Positions 37,862 to 46,202 of a DNA stretch of 64,000 nt are shown here, one piece after another. The stretch spans positions 152,561 through 216,560 of the forward strand of contig JAPLTX010000045.1 in the NCBI GenBank assembly GCA_026397915.1, read 5' to 3'. This DNA comes from Verrucomicrobiota bacterium (GTDB lineage Bacteria; Verrucomicrobiota; Verrucomicrobiia; CAIQCK01). The translations under genes and the position numbers were made by a program. Position 1 is the first letter of the stretch, and every line of letters starts with the position of its first letter. The notes under the pieces are model-generated. The model was not told the origin of the DNA. It ran no database searches and saw only the letters and a program-made list of their open reading frames with translations.

Positions 37862-39478
37862 CTACAGTGCGAGGTCCAGAAACGCCAGTTTCAACGCTTT
37901 GCCTTGCGCCATCGTGATCTCGATCCGGTTCAGGCCGTCCTTCAACACGCCCGCCGGCACGCTCCACGCCCGCAGTTCCTCCGGTCTGCCCAGCATCGGC
38001 GGATACGGGTTTGGATACGGCTCCGATAGGTCGTCGGTCGCCGCGAACTCCTGGCCGTTGAGCCGCGCGGTCCAGCGACTCTCGCCGAGCGAGTCCTCAC
38101 CCTGGATGCGCAACCGTCCGTCGCGTTTCCAACCGCCCGTCGGCGGCGCAAGATCAAGCGTGAACGTCTCGGTCTGGCCCGCCGCCATCTTTCGCGGCAG
38201 CAGAGGCGGTTTCGCGAACGGGTTGCCCCACCCCGACGCGAGGAAGTAATGCTGCGGTTGTCGCGCAAGCCACTTGCGGTCGCCGAGATGCTTGAAGACG
38301 TGGAACGGCGGCTCCGTGAACGGCCCGCGTCCTGGCCCGCCGTGTTCGCGGTAATAAACGAAGTTGAACGCGCTCACGCCGTCGCCGCCGCGCGCGTAGG
38401 CCAGATGGGCCGCGGTGTAGAACTGTTCTGGTGTCGCGCGGCGGAATGGGAACGTGTCGTAACCCTTTCCCACTGGTTTGCGGCCGTTCCAAGTCGAGTG
38501 GCACATCTCCAGATAGACCGCTGCTTGTGGCACGCTGCGTCGGATGGCGGCCAGATCGGTCTGCTGCACGGTGAAGTAACTTGCCGAGAGGTTGACCATG
38601 TCCAACCCCGCCTCCACCATCGCCGGCAGGTCCAGCCCCAGCGGGTCATGAGCCGACGTGTAGGCCGGCACACGCGCGCAGAGCCAGCGCCGCTTGCCGT
38701 CGCGCGCCGTGCGGTCGAGCAACTCGCGCACCTGACGGACGAACGCAGTCATGATGCCGCACCGCTGCTCGCTTGTCGTCTTGTCGAGTTGGAAGTAACT
38801 GTAGTGCCGCATGAAATCCATCTCGAAACCGTCGAGATCGTAGTTCTCGCAAAGCTCCCGGATGAACGCGAACTTGTGTGCCCGCACCTCCGGTATGGCC
38901 CAGTTGAGCACGTGCTGCTCCCACTTCGCTGGATCCGGCCCCAGCCGGTATTCCGGGTGCTCGACGTAGAACTTGCTGGCCCAGACGGCCCGGCGGTCTT
39001 TCGCATTGGCATTTTCCAAATGATGGCCGTCGTTCATCCGCAGCGAGATGAATGGGGCCTGCCCGCGCTTCCGGCAACGCTCCACAAACACCTTCACCAT
39101 GTCGCCGCCCGCGAGCATGTATTTGCCAAAACTGTCCGCATCGAACCCGGTGCGTTCCTTGAACCAACGGTAATGCTCCTCGGCTGGATAAACCTTGCTC
39201 TGCCACCACGGTATCCAGCCCACGCCCGGCTGAAGCAAATGTGCGTCCACGCCCGTGCCTGCCACTTCGTCCACCGTTGCCTCCAACATCTCCTTACGGA
39301 ACGGCTCGCCCTTCTTGTGCCACGGGCTGGCGCATGAAACGATGTTCGTCGTGTCGTTGCTGTAGAGGACGTGGAACGGCGCTTTGCGTCGCGCTACAGC
39401 GGCGGAGATTCCCCTCGGCCAGCCAGATGCCAGCGCCGCGGCCGTCGTCGTCTGAAGAAACTGTCGGCGATTCATCAT
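37862..39478 (-). CDS. Tat-secreted putative glycoside hydrolase-like TIM-barrel protein (GHL10-like; family uncertain)
   Basis: Twin-arginine signal MMNRRQFLQTTTAAALA; LYSNDTTNIVSCASPWH, DLDGFEMDFMRHYSYF motifs. Confidence 0.5.
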   Translation of the reverse strand: MMNRRQFLQTTTAAALASGWPRGISAAVARRKAPFHVLYSNDTTNIVSCASPWHKKGEPFRKEMLEATVDEVAGTGVDAHLLQPGVGWIPWWQSKVYPAEEHYRWFKERTGFDADSFGKYMLAGGDMVKVFVERCRKRGQAPFISLRMNDGHHLENANAKDRRAVWASKFYVEHPEYRLGPDPAKWEQHVLNWAIPEVRAHKFAFIRELCENYDLDGFEMDFMRHYSYFQLDKTTSEQRCGIMTAFVRQVRELLDRTARDGKRRWLCARVPAYTSAHDPLGLDLPAMVEAGLDMVNLSASYFTVQQTDLAAIRRSVPQAAVYLEMCHSTWNGRKPVGKGYDTFPFRRATPEQFYTAAHLAYARGGDGVSAFNFVYYREHGGPGRGPFTEPPFHVFKHLGDRKWLARQPQHYFLASGWGNPFAKPPLLPRKMAAGQTETFTLDLAPPTGGWKRDGRLRIQGEDSLGESRWTARLNGQEFAATDDLSEPYPNPYPPMLGRPEELRAWSVPAGVLKDGLNRIEITMAQGKALKLAFLDLAL

Positions 39479-39534
39479 CCCTCACTTGTAATCATCCCCC
39501 GCCCAAAATGCACCCAGAAGTTGCTTCCCACGTA

Positions 39535-39593
39535 GGACAGACACTCCTGTCTGTCCTTCTATGGATTCACTGGCCAGACAAGAGTGTCTGCCC
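39535..39593. repeat. Two palindromes GGACAGACA-CTCC-TGTCTGTCC and GGCCAGACA-AGAG-TGTCTGCC, 37 nt apart, upstream of the 37862..39478 gene
   Basis: Same CAGACA-N4-TGTCTG core as the hairpin at 19320; loops of the 19320 and 39572 copies are reverse complements (opposite orientation). Confidence 0.6.
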
Positions 39594-39843
39594 TACATAA
39601 CTTCCCCTTTACCGCCCTTTCGCGTGTTTCGCGGACCAACTCAACTCCTCAAGCCTGCGCCCCACCAGCCCAACCCGCTTCCGAATGCGCGACGATATCC
39701 AGCCGCTTCGGATGAATGCATAGCGTGCCCGTGCCGGTGGGTGCCGCGAAATCACAACCTTCCGCAGGAGGGGCGAGACATTCCACATGAGTCCCCTTTC
39801 CATAACGCCGCGCGCGGCAGCTCGGCGATCCTGGGAAAACCTT

Positions 39844-40041
39844 CACCGCCGGCAGTCCCACACGGCTTTTACCGCGTCCTGCGTTTGAGTCAGCCGCCTG
39901 CGTTGCTCCCACTGCCGGCAGTCCCACCCGGCTCTTGCCTCGTGCCGGGTTCATGCCAGCCATCGGTGCTGCTCCCACCGCCGGCAATCCTATCTTGCTC
40001 TTGCCACGTCCTGGATTTGTCTCAGCCATCTGTTTAGCTCC
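39844..40041. repeat. Three tandem 66-nt imperfect direct repeats (about 75% identity) in the 720-bp divergent intergenic region
   Basis: CACCGCCGGCAGTCCCAC...GCTCC units at 39844, 39910, 39976. The minus-strand ORF 39649..40059 reads through them as 22-aa repeats (NPxRGKSRVGLPAVG...). Confidence 0.8.
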
Positions 40042-40198
40042 TGACACGTCCTTGTTCAACCGCGTCTCAAAACTGCCGCTCCTCTGTTTCTATCACGCTG
40101 CAAAATAAAAACACCAGCTTTTCGTTTCAGTTGCGTCGCGCGACCGTTGTTGCTAAACACCCATCGCCGTTTCGCAGACCAAACTTCGGAACCACATC

Positions 40199-41317
40199 AT
40201 GAACAAAACCGTTTGCGCACTACTCGCCACGCTCTTGCTCGCGCCGGCCTTATCCAATCTTCCTGCCGCCACCGCCGCGGAACCCGCCCGCCGCAACATC
40301 GTCTCGCCGGAAGTCCGCGCCGACCGCACCGTCACGTTCCGGCTTCTCGCGCCAAAGGTCGCGCAGGTCGTCCTCAACGCCGAGTTCGGACGCCAGCCGA
40401 TGACCAAGGACGACAGCGGCCTCTGGAGCGTCACCGTCGGCCCGCTGGATCCCGACATCTACGCCTACACCTTCAGCGTGGACGGCGTCACCACCGTGGA
40501 CCCGCTCAACGGCCTCGTGAAGACCGGCCGCTCCACGCAGAACCTCGTCGAGGTGCCCGCCGCGTCGCCCGCGTTCTACGCCCCGCGCAACGTCCCCCAC
40601 GGCGCCGTCACCGTCCAGTGGTATCACTCCAAGTCCCTCGGCAAGCTGCGCCGCATGCACGTCTATACGCCGCCCGGTTACGACCAGACTCGCAGCACAG
40701 AATTCCCCGTCCTCTATCTCCTGCACGGCTCTGGCGACGATGACAGCGGCTGGACATGGATCGGCCGCGCCAACTTCATCGCCGACAACCTCATAGCTGA
40801 ACACAAATCCAAGCCCATGATCATCGTCATGCCGGCGGGCCACGCCCTCCCGCCGCCCGCTCCCGGCGAAGGCAAGGAGCACTACGGGCGCAACACCGTG
40901 GCGTTTCAGGACGACCTGCTCAAGGACATCACCCCCTTCGTCGAGCTACACTACCGCGTAGCATCCGGCCGCGAGCGTTGCGCACTCACCGGCCTCTCCA
41001 TGGGCGGCGGCCAATCCCTCGCCATCGGCCTGACCCACCTCGACCGGTTCGCGTGGATCGGCGCATTCAGCTCCGGCGGCGGCAGTCTCGGCGGCGACCC
41101 GGACAAACTGCTCGCAGACGCCAAAGAGATGAACAGCAAACTCCGCCTCCTCTGGATCGCCTGCGGCAAACAGGACTTCCTCTACAAGATCAACCAGGAG
41201 TTCGACGCCCTGCTCACCAGCCGTCAGATCACCCACGAGTTTCACGCCACCGAAGGCACCCACACCTGGCGGCTCTGGCGTCCCCACCTCCGCGACTTCC
41301 TCCAACGGCTCTTCTGA
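40199..41317 (+). CDS. Secreted CE1-family esterase (feruloyl/acetyl-xylan-esterase-like) with N-terminal Ig-like/CBM48-like domain
   Basis: Signal peptide; GLSMGG nucleophile elbow, VLYLLHGSGDDD, C-terminal His region; 372 aa. Confidence 0.8.
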   Translation: MNKTVCALLATLLLAPALSNLPAATAAEPARRNIVSPEVRADRTVTFRLLAPKVAQVVLNAEFGRQPMTKDDSGLWSVTVGPLDPDIYAYTFSVDGVTTVDPLNGLVKTGRSTQNLVEVPAASPAFYAPRNVPHGAVTVQWYHSKSLGKLRRMHVYTPPGYDQTRSTEFPVLYLLHGSGDDDSGWTWIGRANFIADNLIAEHKSKPMIIVMPAGHALPPPAPGEGKEHYGRNTVAFQDDLLKDITPFVELHYRVASGRERCALTGLSMGGGQSLAIGLTHLDRFAWIGAFSSGGGSLGGDPDKLLADAKEMNSKLRLLWIACGKQDFLYKINQEFDALLTSRQITHEFHATEGTHTWRLWRPHLRDFLQRLF

Positions 41318-41324
41318 GAATTCC

Positions 41325-41400
41325 CCTGTAGGCCGCGTGCCCTCACGCGGCGAACCCATCTTCAACAAACCGCCGCGTCGGGGACGCGACCTACAATCCA
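41325..41400. repeat. TGTAGG-hairpin (GCCGCGTG-CCCT-CACGCGGC) plus left copy of a ~58-nt direct repeat; terminator-like position after the esterase
   Basis: 41343-41400 aligns with 42013-42072 (TCACGCGGC.AA.CC...GTC.GGGACGCG.CCTACA.TCC). Motif GGGACGCNNNCTACA also at 37838-37858. Confidence 0.55.
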
Positions 41401-41548
41401 TTGCCACAGGTAAGCTGTCCCCCAAGCGAAAATGAGTCCGGTCCGAGGCATCTGCCGGCTTGGACATGGTTTTGCCCCCCCTCTGACAAGCCAAGGTCAG
41501 CCTTGGACAAGCCATCTTTCGTCCCGCCAATAACCAAATCCGCGAAGG

Positions 41549-41805
41549 AAAAGGTTAATGGAGAGCTTCATAAAACTAAATCCCTCAATGAAAAGGTAAA
41601 TGAAGCGCCTCCTAAAACATCTTTCCTCAACAAAAAGGTAAATGGAAGGCGTCCTAAAACTAAATGATTGAAGGAAAAGGTTAATGGAGAGCGTTCTAAA
41701 ACATCTTTATTGAGGGAAAAGGTAAGAGAAACGACCAACAAAACTAAATCATTCAAGGAAAAGGTTAATGGAAAGGCTTCAAAAGGAAGAGAAAAGCCTC
41801 CAAAA
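41549..41805. repeat. AT-rich periodic array: six copies of core GAAAAGGTWAATGGARRGC at exactly 42-nt spacing, spacers alternating between two types (84-nt super-period)
   Basis: GGT of core at ~41553, 41595, 41637, 41679, 41721, 41763. Local GC is far below the genome background. The minus-strand ORF 41568..41822 is open through the array (14-aa repeats, TTG start); the plus strand has one TGA. Confidence 0.85.
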
Positions 41806-42012
41806 GCATGTTTTTGGCCCAAAAACCGCTTGGACGAGCCGGACTAGGCATTCCCCTGTGCAAAAATAGCCACTTCCAGCCCGGATTGCCCCTGTTCCGC
41901 GCCGCCGATGAGTCATTGTCTGAGGCAGATTCCCCACCGCCGCCCACATCGGAACCGCCGCCGAAAACCCCTCCTTTGCGCCTCTGCGCCTTTGCGTGAG
42001 ACTCCGTCATCT

Positions 42013-42072
42013 CCTTCACGCGGCAAAACCAACCTCACTCACCCATCCTGTCAGGGACGCGGCCTACATGCC
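42013..42072. repeat. Right copy of the ~58-nt direct repeat flanking the AT-rich array
   Basis: See 41325-41400. Confidence 0.5.
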
Positions 42073-42332
42073 ATGTGTTCCGTCATCTGGCCGCTAAAGG
42101 AAAGACAAAGGCGATGATTGCTTTCGATACCGTTTTCAATTTGACGAACCACGCTGATGAAAAATAGTATGCGCACAGGTGATATGACTGTGGGAGACTC
42201 AACGCAGGAGGCATGATGACCAGTGGTCCGAATAACACAGCAAACTCCTCTTCGCCTCTTGTCCCACAAAGTCCTCTAACCGTCGAACACCAGCAAACGT
42301 GCCTCAACCGCTCATGCTAGAAAGACGACCAC

Positions 42333-43169
42333 ATGCCACTGCCACCAGACTTCAAAGAAACACTCCGCCACAAGACGGATGAACAGCTTTACGATATGCT
42401 AGTTCACAAAGCTGATTATCTTCCTGAAACCCTTGATGCCACGAGAACAGAGCTAAACCGCCGAAACTTACCCGTCGAAGAACAAACCGAACCCGCGGTT
42501 CCCGTCGAGACCACAGAAGCCAAACCGCAAACGACAAAATTCCAAACAACTCTGACATTCATCGGCATCCTCTGCGCTATCCTCTTTGTCTCTGCAGTCT
42601 GTAGGGGAATTGTTAGAGATCTTATGAAGGGCTGGTTGCAATCAAGAAACACCGCAGAACAGGCTCCGCAAAGATACGAAGACCAAGATTGGCAAGGCAG
42701 GACTTGCAGCGGTCTAACTTTGCAGGCTCCATTCCCCTTGTTATCTCGCGGGGACAAATCGGCTGATTTCTCTCCAGGATTGCGAGCAACCATTGAACGC
42801 GCTGATGGGTTTGAGGCAAATACGCGATCCATCAAGGTCACCGTCGATTGCACCGTCTACAAAGAAAGTGCCAAACTAGATCCGAATGTTGACCGCGCCC
42901 TCGACCGCTCTATAAACGCTGTATTGAATGTCGCCGCCAAACAAGCAGGCATAAACAACCCAGATTGGAAAGTTGACAGGATCGAGGTCAGCGGTCTGAA
43001 CGCAAGGCGTGCAAACTGGGTGGTAAAACGAACTCCTCAGTATATCTACTGCGCAGTCGTTGTAATCCAAAAAGGAAAGCGATCATGGATGGTTGTAGCC
43101 TTTTCCGAATCCGAAGACGCGGCAGTGATTGTCAATCGGATGCTGGATTCAATTCAGATCAGCCACTGA
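42333..43169 (+). CDS. Hypothetical single-pass membrane protein, lower GC than surroundings
   Basis: 278 aa, one TM (FIGILCAILFVSAVC), no recognisable domain; composition distinct from neighbouring genes. Confidence 0.5.
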   Translation: MPLPPDFKETLRHKTDEQLYDMLVHKADYLPETLDATRTELNRRNLPVEEQTEPAVPVETTEAKPQTTKFQTTLTFIGILCAILFVSAVCRGIVRDLMKGWLQSRNTAEQAPQRYEDQDWQGRTCSGLTLQAPFPLLSRGDKSADFSPGLRATIERADGFEANTRSIKVTVDCTVYKESAKLDPNVDRALDRSINAVLNVAAKQAGINNPDWKVDRIEVSGLNARRANWVVKRTPQYIYCAVVVIQKGKRSWMVVAFSESEDAAVIVNRMLDSIQISH

Positions 43170-43242
43170 ATATGTTCATCCGCGAAGTGGATCGCACCGA
43201 CTTGGGCGCACGGTCATACTACGTCGCAATAAGTGAGCACGC

Positions 43243-43360
43243 TAAATCCCAAACCCGTCCCGATACTGCTTGCGGATGAGGGCGTCGGCTTCGGGGACAT
43301 TCTTGGCGCGCATCTTGGCGGCGTCCCATTCGATCCGCTTCTGCAGGCGCGTGGCAAGGC
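43243..43360 (-). pseudogene. 3'-terminal remnant (about 38 codons) of a Gfo/Idh/MocA oxidoreductase paralog
   Basis: Translates to LATRLQKRIEWDAAKMRAKNVPEADALIRKQYRDGFGI*, matching the C-terminus of 44736..46133 (…LATRLQKRIEWDAAKMRAKNCPEADALIRKHYRDGFGI*). Nucleotide identity is about 90% over ~115 nt; no upstream body. Confidence 0.7.
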
Positions 43361-43400
43361 TCTGCCAGCCGGCATTCCATCCATGAATTGAGGGCTTGCC

Positions 43401-44543
43401 TCAATAGGTGATCAGCGCGGGAACCATGTCATTGGCGAGCGGGCTGCCAAGGCCGGTGACTTCGTCGTAGCCCAAGGTGTCGGAATAGCCGCCATTGCTG
43501 CCGGAGATAACGTCACGATAGTAAAGGTTGAAGTTCAACGGGCTGCCCAAAGTGTAAAGCGCCGGGTCGGCCAAGCCGAGCGGGGAGGTGCGGGAAGCGT
43601 TGGCCAACGCAATGAGCGCGGCCCACTGGGGCGCGCCAGCGCTGGTGCCGCCAACTTGGAACCAACCCTTTCTGCCGTAGTAGCTGGTGCTGTCGTAAAC
43701 CGGGAAGCCGGTGCTTGGGTCGGCGTCGTAGCTCACGTCGGGAACCATGCGTTTGCCGGAGCTTTGCCAAGCTTGCTGGAACGCCGGCTCGGGGGTGTAG
43801 GCGCTGGTGCCGCCGCCGCTGCCGGACCAACCGATTTCGGAAAGCACATTGCCGGTGCTGCCCAGCTTAAGCGTGGTTCCGCCGACGGCCACCACGTAGG
43901 GCGAAACCGCCGGCCACAGCACGCCCGCACCGTTGTCACCCGAGGATGCGGTAAAGGTAACGCCCGCCCGGTTGAAGTGGAAGTCGTAGGCGGATTGGCC
44001 CGAAAACTCCGACGCGCCCCAGCTCATGGAAACCTGGGAAGCACCGAGTTTGACCGCGTAATCCACAGCGCCGAGGAGGTTGTTGAGGCTGGCGGTCTTT
44101 GCCACAACAAGCAGGATGGTGGCTTTCGGCGCGATCGCATGCGCCCACTCCACATCGAGCGCGGTTTCCAATGCCCACCCGCTATCGCCCTTGGAGGGCT
44201 TCCCTTGGGGATAGTAAATCAGGACGCTGGTCGTCGGCAAACCGAACTGTTTGCAAAAGACGTTGAGGTCGTTCTGGATCGTCGTGCTGCCGTAAGCGTC
44301 CACAATCGCGATCTTCTGGCCCGCTCCGTTGCTCGTGAACTGGTCGAACCCATAAGCGTGCCGAATCTGTGCCGGTGTGTAACCGGCGGGACCCGCCGTC
44401 GCTGCAAAGCGGATGTGAAAAGGCGGCAGGGCCTCGTCTTCCATCGAACGGTGGCGCCGGTAAACCCGTTCTTCACCAAACGTGGTGGAACCAACAACGC
44501 CACAAAGCAACAACACGCAGGCGGCAAAATGACTTCTGTTCAT
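43401..44543 (-). CDS. Secreted S53 (sedolisin/kumamolisin-like) or S8-type serine peptidase
   Basis: Signal peptide; catalytic-serine region GGTSAGAPQWAALIALA, SGDNG; the ORF extends to 44564. Confidence 0.7.
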   Translation of the reverse strand: MNRSHFAACVLLLCGVVGSTTFGEERVYRRHRSMEDEALPPFHIRFAATAGPAGYTPAQIRHAYGFDQFTSNGAGQKIAIVDAYGSTTIQNDLNVFCKQFGLPTTSVLIYYPQGKPSKGDSGWALETALDVEWAHAIAPKATILLVVAKTASLNNLLGAVDYAVKLGASQVSMSWGASEFSGQSAYDFHFNRAGVTFTASSGDNGAGVLWPAVSPYVVAVGGTTLKLGSTGNVLSEIGWSGSGGGTSAYTPEPAFQQAWQSSGKRMVPDVSYDADPSTGFPVYDSTSYYGRKGWFQVGGTSAGAPQWAALIALANASRTSPLGLADPALYTLGSPLNFNLYYRDVISGSNGGYSDTLGYDEVTGLGSPLANDMVPALITY

Positions 44544-44735
44544 TTGAGTTCTTCCTTGCAGCACTTTGCTAAATCACACTCTCGGCTACAATGAGGGGAA
44601 CGTTGCACACCACCTCTCTGTTGTCAAAGGCCAACCCTGCACGAGAAATGCCGAGCCAAAGAGAAACACAGGTTGGCGCCGGCCCTAGCCGCCATCGTCA
44701 CCGCTCTGGTTGTGAAAGCCGCCGAAAGTTTCCCG

Positions 44736-46133
44736 CTAGATTCCAAACCCGTCGCGGTAATGTTTGCGGATGAGGGCGTCGGCTTCGGGGCAGTTCTTGG
44801 CGCGCATCTTGGCGGCATCCCATTCGATCCGCTTCTGCAAACGCGTGGCGAGGTTGCCCACCAGCAACGCCTCGGTGTAGGGACCGGAGTAGGCAAAGCC
44901 GGCCTTGGCGTTCTGGGGCTTGCGCGCTTTGCAGGCATCCACCCATTCGGCGCGATGGCCGATGGAGCGCGCGAGGGTCTTGGGCGGACGCTTGAAGTCC
45001 TGCATCCGGCTCTCCGGGAGCAGTCGCGGCGCGCCACACCAGCCGCCGCAGAGCATGGAGCCTTTGTCGCCGATGAAGAGGATGCCGTTGTCGTCCAGCT
45101 CGCGGCCGGCTTCGAGGTCGGCGGGGCGGGCGGGTTTCTTGCCGCCGTCATACCAGTAGAGTTTGAGGGCGGGACGCCCGCCCTTGGCGGCAAACTCGTA
45201 GGTGATGATCTGCCACAAGGGATAGGATTCCTTCTTGAGCGGGCTGCTCTGGCATTCGGTGGCAACGGGCGCGCCGAGGTCGAGGGCGAAGAAGGCGGGG
45301 TCCATGTTGTGGATGGCCATGTCGCCCATCGCGCCAGTGCCGAAGTCGAACCAGCCGCGCCATGTCCTCGGAAGGTAGCAGGGATGATACGGCCGTTCCG
45401 GGGCCGCGCCGAGCCAGAGGTTCCAGTCGAGCTTCTCGGGAACGGGCGGCGTCTCGGTGGGGCGGTCGAGGTCCTGCGTCCAGAACTTGCCGGGACGGTC
45501 GCTCCAGCAATGGACTTCCTTGACGGTGCCGATGGCGCCGGCTTGGATCCATTCCTTGGTGAGGCGCAGGCCCTCGCTGGCGTGGCCGTTGTTGCCCATC
45601 TGGGTGACGAGGCCGGTCTTCTTGGCCATGCGGGTCATGACGCGCGCCTCCTCGATGGAGTGGGCCATCGGTTTCTCGACATAGACGTGTTTGCCGGCGC
45701 GCAACGCGGCCATGGTGATGGGCGCGTGCATGTGGTCCGGCGTGCCGATGACGACGGCGTCCACGTCCTTGAGCTTCTCCAGCATGACGCGGTAATCGGT
45801 GAACTTCTCGGCGTTGGGGAAGGTCTTGGCGGTGCGCTCGGCGTATTTCCAATCCACGTCGCAGAGGGCGACGATGTTCTGGCTGGAGATGGCCGGGTCG
45901 CGCAACACTCCCCCACCCTGCCCGCCGATGCCGATGCCCGCGACGTTGAGCTTCTCGCTCGGCGGAATGACGCCCCGGCCGAGGACGGAGCGCGGCACGA
46001 TCTGAAAGGCGAAGGTCGCGACCGTCGCGCGGCGAAGGAAACTGCGGCGGGAGATGGAGGAAGAGTTCTGTGTATTCATTGGTGGTGAAGTTTCGGGAAG
46101 CATTAGCGGAGCGGCAGGAGGATTCAATCCCAT
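44736..46133 (-). CDS. Tat-signal Gfo/Idh/MocA-family NAD(P)-dependent oxidoreductase
   Basis: RRSFLRRATVATFAF Tat motif; GIGIGGQGGG Rossmann; full-length family resemblance. ATG at 46133 sits in GGACTACTATG directly after the hairpin element. Confidence 0.85.
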   Translation of the reverse strand: MGLNPPAAPLMLPETSPPMNTQNSSSISRRSFLRRATVATFAFQIVPRSVLGRGVIPPSEKLNVAGIGIGGQGGGVLRDPAISSQNIVALCDVDWKYAERTAKTFPNAEKFTDYRVMLEKLKDVDAVVIGTPDHMHAPITMAALRAGKHVYVEKPMAHSIEEARVMTRMAKKTGLVTQMGNNGHASEGLRLTKEWIQAGAIGTVKEVHCWSDRPGKFWTQDLDRPTETPPVPEKLDWNLWLGAAPERPYHPCYLPRTWRGWFDFGTGAMGDMAIHNMDPAFFALDLGAPVATECQSSPLKKESYPLWQIITYEFAAKGGRPALKLYWYDGGKKPARPADLEAGRELDDNGILFIGDKGSMLCGGWCGAPRLLPESRMQDFKRPPKTLARSIGHRAEWVDACKARKPQNAKAGFAYSGPYTEALLVGNLATRLQKRIEWDAAKMRAKNCPEADALIRKHYRDGFGI

Positions 46134-46202
46134 AGTAGTCCTCACGCTCCGCGTGAGGTTTCGTTACAACACCGCATCACGCGGAGCGTGATGACTACTA
46201 TC
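46131..46202 (-). promoter_or_regulatory. Intercistronic palindromic hairpin element copy 2 (minus-strand reading: TAG-TCA-[TCACGCTCCGCGTGA]-20 nt loop-[TCACGCGGAGCGTGA]-GGACTACT-ATG)
   Basis: Perfect 15-bp inverted repeat 46142-46156/46177-46191. Spans from the stop of 46198..47379 to the ATG of 44736..46133. Stems are identical to copy 1, loops unrelated. Confidence 0.6.

Noticed and set aside
41401-41667. Plus-strand ORF through the AT-rich array (Lys-rich EKVNGxxxKT repeats)
   Set aside because: It is interrupted by an in-frame TGA after 2.5 repeats, has no credible start context, and has GC far below coding norm. It is kept only as an alternative in the island finding.
41549-41805. CRISPR array interpretation of the 42-nt periodic repeats
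   Set aside because: The repeat core is only ~19 nt with ~23-nt spacers falling into just two alternating sequence types. There are no unique spacers and no cas genes anywhere in the window.
42100-44600. Mobile element (IS/transposon/prophage) explaining the low-GC genes and gene remnant
   Set aside because: No transposase, integrase, recombinase or terminal inverted repeats with target-site duplication could be identified. The rearrangement is reported as a scar of unknown mechanism rather than a defined mobile element.
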